DNA from: a virus
IMG/VR virus record: IMGVR_UViG_3300044568_003751
Location: 1 to 64,000 of that record
Strand: one strand, 5' to 3'
Length of the DNA stretch: 64,000 nt
Shown here one piece after another: positions 28,579 through 38,173 of the stretch. The position numbers and the translations under genes are program-made. Under the pieces are notes generated by a model. That model made no database searches. It was not told where the DNA came from and saw only the letters and a program-made list of their open reading frames with translations. Every line of letters begins with the position of its first letter. The first letter of the stretch is position 1.

Positions 28579-29854
28579 TACCATGTGTCTTGCACCCTGG
28601 GTGCATACCTATCTTTCACCGCAGACTGAGCGCAGAATGTGTTGTGCGTCACGGGAACCTGCGCAGAATTTTGAACAGTACATAGATACTGCCGCAGGCA
28701 CAGGGCGATATATACCCGTGACTCTTGAGGCGCACTGGAATTCAGAACACATGCGATCAGTACGGCGGCGCATGATGGCCGGAGAAACACTACCAGAATG
28801 TGAGGTTTGTAATGACCGGTTACTCAATGTATCCGTATACCGCGATTATTTTTGGCACCTGTTCCAGGGAAGACTTGATCAAATATGGGATAACACTGAA
28901 CCAGATGGATCGACTCATATGCGCCCTGTTTCATGGGATTATAGGTTTTCAAACCTGTGCAATTTCAAATGTAGAACCTGTGGCGACATGCTGTCCAGCG
29001 CCTGGGAGAGTGAACAAAAGCAGAACAACATGGTTGACTGGGCTAATCCTAAAAACAATTGGATGCGAAACGATATACGTGCCGAAATCTCACATTTTCA
29101 GGATAGTCAAATTGAAGCCGAATTCAGTTCAGCTGTTGAGCAACACAGAGTAGAAGAAATATACTGGGTGGGTGGCGAACCCCTGATGTACGAACAGCAC
29201 TGGCGTTACATGAAACGAATCGTAGAACTAGGAGACGGGGGGAAATTATATGCTAGATACAATACTAATCTTAGCCGCGTACACTATCGCGGCATTGATC
29301 TTTTTGACGATATTCTCAGTCATGTTCGGGACTGGCAAATATGTGCTAGCCTGGATGGAACTGACCACATTGGGGAATATATTCGTACAGGATTGGATTA
29401 TGCACAGTTCAAGCGTAATTTTGAACACGGACTACAGTACGCAACAAATGCCAGACAAATGCGTATTGATTTTACACTCACTTTGCCCGGAATGTTCGAA
29501 ACGGATGCAATACAACAATTGGCAAAACAGTTTGGAGTAGAACTGCTGGCCAAGGTTATCTTCAGTTTCTCACCAGATATTATCTTGAGTCCTTTAGCAT
29601 TACCTAGACACATACTAGATTCATGGATCGACGAACTAGCAGGCCGCTCCGCAGGTGCCATGCGTGATGTACTGTTACAATTAAAGACCCGGCCCACATT
29701 TGAGGAACAATGGCCGGATCAATATCGTGCAGGGCTTGCAAAAGGCAAAGCCCGTGTGTTACAACTAGAACAAATAAGAACACAGTCAGTAACAATGACA
29801 GATATCCTGGGCAGCCGTCCAGAAGTACTAGAATGGTGGATGAAAATTGCTTGA
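28565..29854 (+). CDS. Radical SAM enzyme with N-terminal twitch/SPASM domain
   Basis: CNFKCRTC and VGGEP. N-terminal CLAPW...MCC...CEVC. Confidence 0.9.
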   Translation: MRKPDTMCLAPWVHTYLSPQTERRMCCASREPAQNFEQYIDTAAGTGRYIPVTLEAHWNSEHMRSVRRRMMAGETLPECEVCNDRLLNVSVYRDYFWHLFQGRLDQIWDNTEPDGSTHMRPVSWDYRFSNLCNFKCRTCGDMLSSAWESEQKQNNMVDWANPKNNWMRNDIRAEISHFQDSQIEAEFSSAVEQHRVEEIYWVGGEPLMYEQHWRYMKRIVELGDGGKLYARYNTNLSRVHYRGIDLFDDILSHVRDWQICASLDGTDHIGEYIRTGLDYAQFKRNFEHGLQYATNARQMRIDFTLTLPGMFETDAIQQLAKQFGVELLAKVIFSFSPDIILSPLALPRHILDSWIDELAGRSAGAMRDVLLQLKTRPTFEEQWPDQYRAGLAKGKARVLQLEQIRTQSVTMTDILGSRPEVLEWWMKIA

Positions 29855-30884
29855 TACGATTGAAATAGATCTACGCAGTCAAGATAACAAAGTCTTAACT
29901 GTGTACATAGATGTGGAAGACAACAGTTTAAGTCGTAAATGGCTCACAGCATTAAATGATATTGTTCATAATAATCTGCACTTAGAAAAGAACTACTGCT
30001 GGTTAGGCTGGACAGAAAGTGCAAGAAACGCAGAGTATTTGTGTATACAGATCAATAGATCAATTAATGCCATTAATGCCAGCACGTTGGATTATCGCAT
30101 TCAAGACTTCTTTAGCCCTGGCACAGTGATTCAAGCTGATCTAGACATTGATCATGCACGAATGAATCAACTGCACAGATACTTTGAAGATCTTCAGGGC
30201 ACAGCAGGTGCCATGAGCTCGCACTACACAGCCGCAGATGATCACACACGTTGGCACATACGTCAATTGAACCTGTTGTGTCACGAACTAGAAAGTCTTG
30301 TGTTAAGTATGCGTAAGGCCGTGCAGGCACCGGAATGGCGTAGACCGTCGCAATTGATGTGCTGGTTACAGGCGCCACGCTATGAACTGGATGAACAAGA
30401 CTTAGAGTTGTTTGGCATCGATACTATTAATCGTAGTTTGGGCGGTGTGTATGTGGGAGTTAATAAAGCAGTGGGCAAGCATCATTGGGAAGTGTTCTGT
30501 GACGAAGGCAGAGATTCGCGAATTGGCGAACTTGTTACCTCAGGACTACGCACACAGACTCAGGCCGCTGCGGACTTTGACATTGAATGGGCACGTGATC
30601 CCGGCGCATACCCGTGGCAAATCACGCAGTTGGCCGAATTTCGTGAATGGCTTGCCAGGAATGGATTCAACCCAGATGATCCCGGCCTCACAATTGGTCA
30701 CCCGCAGGTGGGGCAGGTTGATCTTGAAAGGTCATTTGGTACAACCAATTACCAAACAATCTGGGCACAACTAGCACAACACATGGATGTGTACTCAATT
30801 CGCACTTCAAGTGCTGGTGCTATATACAACTACAGTTGGAGTGATCCAGACTATGATCTACAACAAATTAAGGAATTAAAATGA
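29847..30884 (+). CDS. Hypothetical protein
   Basis: 345 aa, coupled in the operon. No motif recognised. Confidence 0.6.
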   Translation: MLDTIEIDLRSQDNKVLTVYIDVEDNSLSRKWLTALNDIVHNNLHLEKNYCWLGWTESARNAEYLCIQINRSINAINASTLDYRIQDFFSPGTVIQADLDIDHARMNQLHRYFEDLQGTAGAMSSHYTAADDHTRWHIRQLNLLCHELESLVLSMRKAVQAPEWRRPSQLMCWLQAPRYELDEQDLELFGIDTINRSLGGVYVGVNKAVGKHHWEVFCDEGRDSRIGELVTSGLRTQTQAAADFDIEWARDPGAYPWQITQLAEFREWLARNGFNPDDPGLTIGHPQVGQVDLERSFGTTNYQTIWAQLAQHMDVYSIRTSSAGAIYNYSWSDPDYDLQQIKELK

Positions 30885-30982
30885 AATGGATTCGCAGACT
30901 TTGGGATAGAATTACGCTAGAATATCGTTATCGTAAAAAATTAAAAGAACTACGCAAACGAGATCCTTTTATCTACAAATGA
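30881..30982 (+). CDS. 33-aa basic peptide (MKWIRRLWDRITLEYRYRKKLKELRKRDPFIYK), not in ORF track
   Basis: SD AAGGA upstream. ATGA overlaps on both sides fill the gap exactly. Confidence 0.75.
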   Translation: MKWIRRLWDRITLEYRYRKKLKELRKRDPFIYK

Positions 30983-32457
30983 ATATTCTTGGTATCTCTG
31001 CAGGCTTTCATGATGCCGCTGCCACAGTTGTCTCACCTGACGGGGAGATACTGTTTGCTGCACATTCTGAGCGTTATAGCAAAAAGAAAAACGACGCTGA
31101 CTTTTGTCAGGGCTTGCTAGACGAAATTCTTGAATATGGTCCTGAAACAGTTGCGTACTATGAACGCCCTTGGGCAAAACAAGCAAGACAATGGTACGCA
31201 GGCCAAGGCGTTGAATGGGACAAACTAACAACAAAACAAATATTACGTAAACAGTTGGGCGGACAAATTGAACCTGAGCGGGTACACAGTTACAATCACC
31301 ATTTATCGCATGCGGCCGCGGGCTTTCAAACCAGCCCGTTTGAACGTGCCACAGTGGTGGTAATAGATGCAATAGGTGAATGGGATACCGTCAGTATCTG
31401 GGGTGCCGAATATGATTCAAAAGGTCGGGCACAGTACAAGAGATTATGGCGTCAGATTTATCCACACTCAATTGGGCTGTTCTACAGTGCAGTGACCAGC
31501 CGCATTGGCCTACACCCACTGGACGAAGAATACATCACCATGGGCATGGCAGCCTGGGGACGCAACACCTGGTATCATGACATGCGTGAACATGTTATTG
31601 CTAGTGAACGTGATCTTGAACTGCGACACAACTTTCACACAGGCATGAGCGCAGAGTTCTTGGTAGGCGCCAGTAATGAAAACATTGCAGCCGCTGGGCA
31701 GTTGGTAGCAGAAGATCTTATTCGACAAGTAATGATTCGCGCTAGAAACCTAGGTTTTAATTCAAATCTGGTATATATGGGTGGGGTGGCATTGAATTGC
31801 ACAGCCAACCGAATGCTAGGAGATTACTTTGAAAATATATGGATTATGCCTTGTCCCGGTGATGCTGGTAGCAGTCTCGGTTGTGCCGCTTTGGCTCTTG
31901 GGCGTAGAATTAACTGGCGCAACAGTTATCTGGGCCATTGCATTCCAGGTGTTTATCCTGTTAACCAGTTGCTGGATCGGCTTCTTGGTGACAAAATTGT
32001 CGGAGTGGCATCAGGCAGAGCCGAGTTTGGCCCCCGCGCACTCGGAAACCGTAGCCTCCTTGCAGATCCTAGAGGCAGCGAGATCAAGGAGAAAGTAAAT
32101 GCGATCAAACGTAGACAACAGTTTAGGCCGTTTGCCCCGGTCATACTGGCTGAGGTGGCTGATGACTATTTTGATATGCCAGTGGGTTGGCATCATAGTC
32201 CTTATATGCAGTCAGTCGCTAGGTGTCGCCAGCCTAGCCTTACTCCTGCTGTATGTCATGTTGATGGTACCAGCCGAGTACAGACTGTGGCGAAAGATGG
32301 ATCAGGCATAAGAGAACTACTAGAAAAATGGTATGTGCTAACAGGATGCCCTATGTTGTTAAACACGTCATTAAACATACGTGGAGAACCCATGGTCAAT
32401 GATCGAGCAGATGCCGATCGTTTTGAACAGTTATACAGCGTTAAGGTTTGCAGTTAA
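30979..32457 (+). CDS. O-carbamoyltransferase (NodU/CmcH/TobZ family)
   Basis: ILGISAGFHDAAA, HHLSHAA, GGVALNC, EFGPRALGNRS, FRPFAP, HVDGTSRVQTV and LNTSLN motifs. Confidence 0.93.
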   Translation: MNILGISAGFHDAAATVVSPDGEILFAAHSERYSKKKNDADFCQGLLDEILEYGPETVAYYERPWAKQARQWYAGQGVEWDKLTTKQILRKQLGGQIEPERVHSYNHHLSHAAAGFQTSPFERATVVVIDAIGEWDTVSIWGAEYDSKGRAQYKRLWRQIYPHSIGLFYSAVTSRIGLHPLDEEYITMGMAAWGRNTWYHDMREHVIASERDLELRHNFHTGMSAEFLVGASNENIAAAGQLVAEDLIRQVMIRARNLGFNSNLVYMGGVALNCTANRMLGDYFENIWIMPCPGDAGSSLGCAALALGRRINWRNSYLGHCIPGVYPVNQLLDRLLGDKIVGVASGRAEFGPRALGNRSLLADPRGSEIKEKVNAIKRRQQFRPFAPVILAEVADDYFDMPVGWHHSPYMQSVARCRQPSLTPAVCHVDGTSRVQTVAKDGSGIRELLEKWYVLTGCPMLLNTSLNIRGEPMVNDRADADRFEQLYSVKVCS

Positions 32458-33086
32458 TGGATTACAAAAAATTTAAATCATTTGAAAAAAGAGCACTGGA
32501 CACAGTGTACACTGAAGTTCCTGGAGGATTTCATGATGATATTATTCCAGAGATAACTCAAAGATTTTTACTTGAATTCAATCTAGACCCACAATGCAAA
32601 ATTCTTGATATTGGGTGTGGTCCGGGAATTTTTATAAAGTCGGCCCAGTCCATGGGATACAACAACGTGACTGGAGTAACACTAAGCACACAAGATGTTG
32701 ATGCATGTATTTCACAAGGATTTGATGTGATACATGCCAGCATGACTGATTTGCCCATTGAGGATGCCAGTGTTGATTTTATATGGTGTAGGCACGCACT
32801 AGAACACAGTCCGTATCCATTGTTCACCTTGTTTGAATTTCATCGTGTGTTAAAACCCGATGGGCAAGTGTTTATTGAAGTTCCTGCTCCGGGCAACGAA
32901 CGTGTATACATTCATGAGTTCAACCCTAATCATTACAGCATTTTAGGTGATCGAATGTGGCAAGGATTGTTTAACAAAGCCAATTTTGAATTGGTCCAGG
33001 ATTGGGTGTATGATATCAATTTGTCGTTAGCGCACAAGATTGTCAACGAAAAATCTTATATGTTTGCACTTAGATCCAAGGGTTAA
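32457..33086 (+). CDS. Class I SAM-dependent methyltransferase
   Basis: ILDIGCGPG, HALEH and RVLKPDG motifs. Confidence 0.85.
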   Translation: MDYKKFKSFEKRALDTVYTEVPGGFHDDIIPEITQRFLLEFNLDPQCKILDIGCGPGIFIKSAQSMGYNNVTGVTLSTQDVDACISQGFDVIHASMTDLPIEDASVDFIWCRHALEHSPYPLFTLFEFHRVLKPDGQVFIEVPAPGNERVYIHEFNPNHYSILGDRMWQGLFNKANFELVQDWVYDINLSLAHKIVNEKSYMFALRSKG

Positions 33087-34123
33087 AGATATGTTTCTAG
33101 TCCGCCCCGGCGACGGATGTCTTGTGTACAGCATGAGATGCCGCCATCCCAGAAGTAACTGTGACGCAGTTCCGAGATAATGGGTTCAATCCGGTGCCGA
33201 CGACAGTAGTCAAACACTTCTCGGTTGTATGCACTGAAGATAACGTGGCTTTCGTCTAGTACCAAGCAGTTGACATCAAACACAGTTTCAGCCACAAAAC
33301 CAGTCCACTTGCTTAGATATGTGTCTACAAACTGTGTGAACTCAGGTGTGGGTGTTTGTCCTTGCACATACCAAGCACCTGGTGATTGTTCGTACTTGAA
33401 CTTGCCCACTTCCATTGCGGCCCAGATTGAGCTATCCCATATCTTGCATACGTCCCAACCAGGAAAGTCTCGAGCAAGATCCAAGTTAACATCGTGCTTG
33501 GAACTCAGCAACACTCCGGGCTTGAGAATAGCAAACACAGCATCTCCATGGCCATCAGTGATGGCTTCATGGATGCGATATTCAGGACCCAGCACGTTGT
33601 CCACAATCCAGCGGGTCTGCTCGGGCTTTAGGAAGTCCGAATTGTCAAAGAACACATCACGGCCCACACGCACAATACAACTTGCACTCGCTTGGTTAAG
33701 GATACAGTTCTTATCCCAGCCCGTGGGGCCATGTGGATTGATAACAGTACCGCCCTGGGACTCGTACTCATTGCATAGTGAATCCAGTTCCTGCATGGCC
33801 AACACACGTAGCAGTTTGTCGCCTAGTGTGATTTGCCAGTCGCGTGGAGTTAATGGAGGAAGCGGAGCACCATTGCCGTGTATCTGTCCCCGGATAAACC
33901 GATCCCGGTCAGGTAGGTCAGGACGACGTACTCGGGCACCTGACTTTTCTATTGTGCGTTGCAAGTTGGCAAGGTCTTCTTCAGTTTCCAAAAGGATTTG
34001 TTGTAGCTGATTACGCACTTGTGCGTTCTCAATGAAGTCAAAATAATCTGGGCTGTACGCACGGCCGACTATGACTTCTTCAAGCGGTTGCCAACTTGTA
34101 TAACTGTTAATAGGATTCATCAA
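33083..34123 (-). CDS. Amidinotransferase (glycine/inosamine-phosphate amidinotransferase family)
   Basis: SWQPLEEVIVG, PRD, HGD and C-terminal GGISCCTQDIRR with the catalytic Cys. Confidence 0.8.
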   Translation of the reverse strand: MMNPINSYTSWQPLEEVIVGRAYSPDYFDFIENAQVRNQLQQILLETEEDLANLQRTIEKSGARVRRPDLPDRDRFIRGQIHGNGAPLPPLTPRDWQITLGDKLLRVLAMQELDSLCNEYESQGGTVINPHGPTGWDKNCILNQASASCIVRVGRDVFFDNSDFLKPEQTRWIVDNVLGPEYRIHEAITDGHGDAVFAILKPGVLLSSKHDVNLDLARDFPGWDVCKIWDSSIWAAMEVGKFKYEQSPGAWYVQGQTPTPEFTQFVDTYLSKWTGFVAETVFDVNCLVLDESHVIFSAYNREVFDYCRRHRIEPIISELRHSYFWDGGISCCTQDIRRRGGLETYL

Positions 34124-35294
34124 TGTGCTCGAGTAGGATATTTAAGCGAGCAGTCTTGGTCTCAAGAAATAACTGCTGGTTGTGTTCTATGTCTTGTCGG
34201 ACCGTGTCGAATCTATCGGCCAAGCGATGCTGTGATTCTTTAATGGCCGCACAAAGACGCACCCAACGTTCAGTATTGTCTTTGATGCGATCATATGTGT
34301 TATCTAACACCTGGTCAAACACACGATATCCTTGATCTCTCAACAGCTCTAGACTGCCAGCACAGCCAGCAATAAAGAATAGTTGACCATGTTTGATTGG
34401 TTTGAAAGTTTTTTCTGTCAAGAACGCACCACCCGATTGATCAGCGTCCCAGTGCGTTTCAAGCACAATGTTACAATAGCTGTCCATATAATACTTGGGC
34501 ACAATCATGCTGTGGTTGTTGCGGTCACTATCAGATAACTCATCATTCACATAAGGAGTTTGAGATAGAAACAGTTGTGTTGATTCGCGTAGATTTTTTA
34601 TGCTGTCAATCTCAATGGGGCTATCAGCAAAATCCACAGGCTCAGTTACAGTTTCACAATAGCTCCAGTAACTGTTGTCCAGCAGTTTATTTTGCTGCAG
34701 GTTGGCCATGGCCATTGCTCGCCAGGGTTTGTGTAAACGCACAAGAGCAGTGAAGTCTCGGGAGCGAGACCGGTCATGTATTTCCAACGGAGCAACGTTG
34801 TGATTGCGTTGGTAATACCAAAGTTCAAAGTCATTGAAATAAACAAAACCAGGAATGTCACGTGCGGCAGTGTTGGCACTGACAAACACATAGCATTTCG
34901 GGGGCAACTGATGTTGTTTGACCAACGCATCTAGTCTTTGTTTCATGCGCTCAGGATTATCTCCTTCATGGTAATAAAACAATATGCGTATGTGACTGTG
35001 CCCGAGCTCGGTAAACACACGCTCGGGCAACAGTTCAAAGTAGTCTATACCAAAGTCAAAGAAACCTAGACCAATAGGATACACAGCATCTGCTGGCCAT
35101 GTATCATGCAACCCAACAATGTTTAGATTGACCGCGTGGTGATCGCAATACTCTTGCAATCGTAACGGGATGGTATAAGGCCAGTGTGAACCAAACTCAC
35201 GCCAGCTCTGAGTGTATGGTCGCCCTTCATGTGGGGCAAACGCAGGATATATTTTACCCTTGACTATTCGGTCCGCTATCAGTGTCAATGCCAT
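34107..35294 (-). CDS. Glycosyltransferase-like protein (GT10-like C-terminus), paralogue 2
   Basis: IVLET...FLTEKTFKPI...GYRVF...DNTYD. Confidence 0.5.
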   Translation of the reverse strand: MALTLIADRIVKGKIYPAFAPHEGRPYTQSWREFGSHWPYTIPLRLQEYCDHHAVNLNIVGLHDTWPADAVYPIGLGFFDFGIDYFELLPERVFTELGHSHIRILFYYHEGDNPERMKQRLDALVKQHQLPPKCYVFVSANTAARDIPGFVYFNDFELWYYQRNHNVAPLEIHDRSRSRDFTALVRLHKPWRAMAMANLQQNKLLDNSYWSYCETVTEPVDFADSPIEIDSIKNLRESTQLFLSQTPYVNDELSDSDRNNHSMIVPKYYMDSYCNIVLETHWDADQSGGAFLTEKTFKPIKHGQLFFIAGCAGSLELLRDQGYRVFDQVLDNTYDRIKDNTERWVRLCAAIKESQHRLADRFDTVRQDIEHNQQLFLETKTARLNILLEHIDESY

Positions 35295-36375
35295 TCAACA
35301 TCTCCTGTAGTTCTTGCCACAACACAGTTTCAAAGCCGCCGTTGTAAAAATGATTCCAATTGTGTTGGATTACTTCCTGTGCGGCATCAAACAGGTCTTG
35401 TTTTGCTACCGGCGACAATTCGTCTAGGCTACGCAACAGGCTAGCAATACGTGCAATGCGCACATCGTCCTCTGCTGAGTCATAGCTTTCGTCCCAGATA
35501 CCTTCAAATGTGCGGAAACCATAACTGCGCAAGTACGCAAGACTGCCTTGAGTGCCCACAACAACAAACGGCATGCCTAAGGCAATGGGTTTGAATGTTT
35601 TTTCTGTGATGTGATGTCTGCGTCCTGTGGCCACAGTCTCTGTCACTAGATACAACAAACTCTCTGCTGACTCATCAAACAGACTCAGCCAGCATGAATG
35701 CATGGGATGATCTGTTTCACCTGCAAAGTTAATGGGTAGTAATTGTTTGGCAAATACTTCTTGTATGTCAGGATATTTGGTCGCCAAAGGTTTGATGGCG
35801 TCATAGATTGAAATGTCTTCAGCAGGACACACACTCGGACAACTGATGTGATTGTCCGTGAGTTTGTTTTTGAATATGTGATACAACATTTCCAGTCTAT
35901 GTTGACGTTCGCCTGCAATAATGCGATTGGGCGCAATAAAAGTCTTTGTTATCTTACGCTCATCAGGCGGAGTAATCAAAAAGGTCTTATCGTATCCTCG
36001 ATACCAATCTAGTGCTGCCCAGCCGTGAAAGAAGTAATAATAACTTTTCCATCCATACTTGGCGCATAGAGTATCTACATTGTCGCTATCACGCTCACTG
36101 GTACATATAGCACCAATCGGAGGACGTTTATTTTGTAGATCTGCATTGTTTGCTCTAACATGCTCAAATGTTTCGGTGTGTATGTTCAAATGAATAGGCT
36201 CCTGGTCGAAAAAGAATATATAATTGTGTTCGTGCATGTTTTCTCTACCATACCCAATAACACTGTCAGGATCACTGCGCCCAAAAGGATCGCACATCAA
36301 TGCACGTACACCGGGACGATGTTGGCGCAACCAAGGCCAAAAAGTATTGTTGTAAATTTCATCTATTCTAATCAT
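35254..36375 (-). CDS. Glycosyltransferase-like protein (GT10-like C-terminus), paralogue 3
   Basis: LVTET...ITEKTFKPI...LRSYGFRTF...WDESYD. Confidence 0.5.
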   Translation of the reverse strand: MIRIDEIYNNTFWPWLRQHRPGVRALMCDPFGRSDPDSVIGYGRENMHEHNYIFFFDQEPIHLNIHTETFEHVRANNADLQNKRPPIGAICTSERDSDNVDTLCAKYGWKSYYYFFHGWAALDWYRGYDKTFLITPPDERKITKTFIAPNRIIAGERQHRLEMLYHIFKNKLTDNHISCPSVCPAEDISIYDAIKPLATKYPDIQEVFAKQLLPINFAGETDHPMHSCWLSLFDESAESLLYLVTETVATGRRHHITEKTFKPIALGMPFVVVGTQGSLAYLRSYGFRTFEGIWDESYDSAEDDVRIARIASLLRSLDELSPVAKQDLFDAAQEVIQHNWNHFYNGGFETVLWQELQEMLNGIDTDSGPNSQG

Positions 36376-38173
36376 GTATGACGTATTCTATTCGGGTGTA
36401 AAACCCAATCAATTTGCACACGAGCGTGAGGCTGATTCGATTGAGCATGCGCAGACCATGAGCCGCACAAAATATTTTTGGTGGATCACATACTTATGTG
36501 ACTACTCGGAGTGGGATTGGCTTTGGCAGCCCCCACCTTGGCAAGCACATCAACGTCATGCATGGCCCAGCCAATGGCAAAAAGATTCTGGTACATATCT
36601 AGTTCCGCGGTCAGCATACGCTGACACAAATTATCATCCCACACCCAGTATTATACGTGTTCACAGCGACAGTGTCAACTGGTCAATTCCCGACAGTATT
36701 GAATCTTTTGACACCACTTGGCATCCAGATCCAACAGACCCGCCTTACATATATCAGTTTGGTACACAACATCAGCGCACTGGTGGTCCGCAATATTGTG
36801 TGCCCGGTGCTGTTGATCTAAAGTTTGTGGACCAAATGCGTGTGACAACCAGCAGAGTGGCCACTGCTGTATACGAAATTGATCACATGGATGGTAATGC
36901 GGGCAACATCGTCAACACCACTAGGCGTGTTCGTTACTTTGACAACTATCGAGACACACTCATACGCTTGGCTCGAAGCGTAGGCACTGAACATGAGTTT
37001 GTGTGGGTATGTTCCAGCATTTGTGATTATACCAATTTTGACTTTTCGTGGCATCCTGAGCAATGGCAAGCCACAATGTTACACGTATTTGCCAGCGATG
37101 GCGAGAAGTTTGGGGACACATTCTTCATGCATGTGCCCTCATTTGCTCGTCGTGCAGAACGTGCAGAATTGCTAGAATGGTATGACTGTAACTTTGTGAG
37201 TACCAGTGTGCCACGTAGACCCATGCCTGTAATAGAACACAACTACGATAGCCAAGCCCAAGCAGTTCAAGCATTGCCGTTTGATGGACCACTTGCTGTG
37301 TATACCACAACAGATTATGTGCCGGGCAACTTGGCCACAGTTCCACTATGGAGAGAGAATGTCAAAACCATTGTGCCACTCTCAACAGGTGCTACCAGTG
37401 TGATTGTGCCCAAGACAGCGGTTCCCTATATCAAAACGCAGTTGTATGATTATCCTTATATAGACCGAACGCATCGCAAAGATAAAGATCAACCCCTGGA
37501 CATTGTGTTTATTGACAATGGTGAACGTGATGCTGACAGTAATTTTACACATCTTAATAGTGTAACATACAATTTAGAAAATAGATTACATCGAAGTTCC
37601 GGCGTGACGGGTCGTGTGGCCGCATACCAAGCAGCCGCCGACATGTCTAAAACTCCTTGGTTCTTTGCTGTGTTTGCTAAACTACGAGTCAACCAACACT
37701 TTGATTGGTCCTGGCAACCTGACCGCATGCAAGCGGCCAAGCACTATATCTTTCATGCACGAAACACAATCAATGATCTTGAATACGGTCACCAAGGCAT
37801 GATTGCTTATAATCGAAAACTCACACTAGAAAACACAGGTCAGGGCCTGGACTTTACACTGGACCAGCCACACGAAGTGGTGCCTGTACTATCAGGAGAT
37901 GCCATATACTATACCTCAAACTGGGTAGCCTGGCGCACAGCATTTAGAGAATGTCTGAAGTTACGGGCCAGTTTACCTGACGTAGAAAATGAATATAGAT
38001 TAAAGCAATGGCTTGAGGTAGACCACGGTGCAGGCCGGTGGAGTTCAAAAGGTGCTCAAGATGCTGTGGAGTACTATGAAGAAGTTGGCGGCGATTTTGC
38101 AGCACTCAAGAAAAGTTATGAGTGGGCCTGGTTGGCCACTTATGCGTTGATCAAACGCAATATAGTGTCTTAG
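36374..38173 (+). CDS. Multidomain Trp-rich protein with C-terminal domain paralogous to the 18982 glycosyltransferase-like gene
   Basis: Twice-repeated CDY..[FW]D[FW].W.P..WQ....H unit. C-terminal DIVFI...NDLEYGHQG...AWRTAFRECLK. Confidence 0.55.
   Translation: MYDVFYSGVKPNQFAHEREADSIEHAQTMSRTKYFWWITYLCDYSEWDWLWQPPPWQAHQRHAWPSQWQKDSGTYLVPRSAYADTNYHPTPSIIRVHSDSVNWSIPDSIESFDTTWHPDPTDPPYIYQFGTQHQRTGGPQYCVPGAVDLKFVDQMRVTTSRVATAVYEIDHMDGNAGNIVNTTRRVRYFDNYRDTLIRLARSVGTEHEFVWVCSSICDYTNFDFSWHPEQWQATMLHVFASDGEKFGDTFFMHVPSFARRAERAELLEWYDCNFVSTSVPRRPMPVIEHNYDSQAQAVQALPFDGPLAVYTTTDYVPGNLATVPLWRENVKTIVPLSTGATSVIVPKTAVPYIKTQLYDYPYIDRTHRKDKDQPLDIVFIDNGERDADSNFTHLNSVTYNLENRLHRSSGVTGRVAAYQAAADMSKTPWFFAVFAKLRVNQHFDWSWQPDRMQAAKHYIFHARNTINDLEYGHQGMIAYNRKLTLENTGQGLDFTLDQPHEVVPVLSGDAIYYTSNWVAWRTAFRECLKLRASLPDVENEYRLKQWLEVDHGAGRWSSKGAQDAVEYYEEVGGDFAALKKSYEWAWLATYALIKRNIVS

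Noticed and set aside
21340-29854. RiPP cluster
   Set aside because: No RRE domain, peptidase, exporter or convincing precursor seen, and the neighbours are sugar enzymes. Not fully excluded.
33225-34010. 261-aa + strand ORF
   Set aside because: Antisense shadow of the amidinotransferase, with no motifs or RBS.
30881-34123. Saxitoxin-like toxin pathway
   Set aside because: Shares carbamoyltransferase and amidinotransferase families only. There is no SxtA-like PKS/AONS or other core gene, and the context is sugar chemistry.
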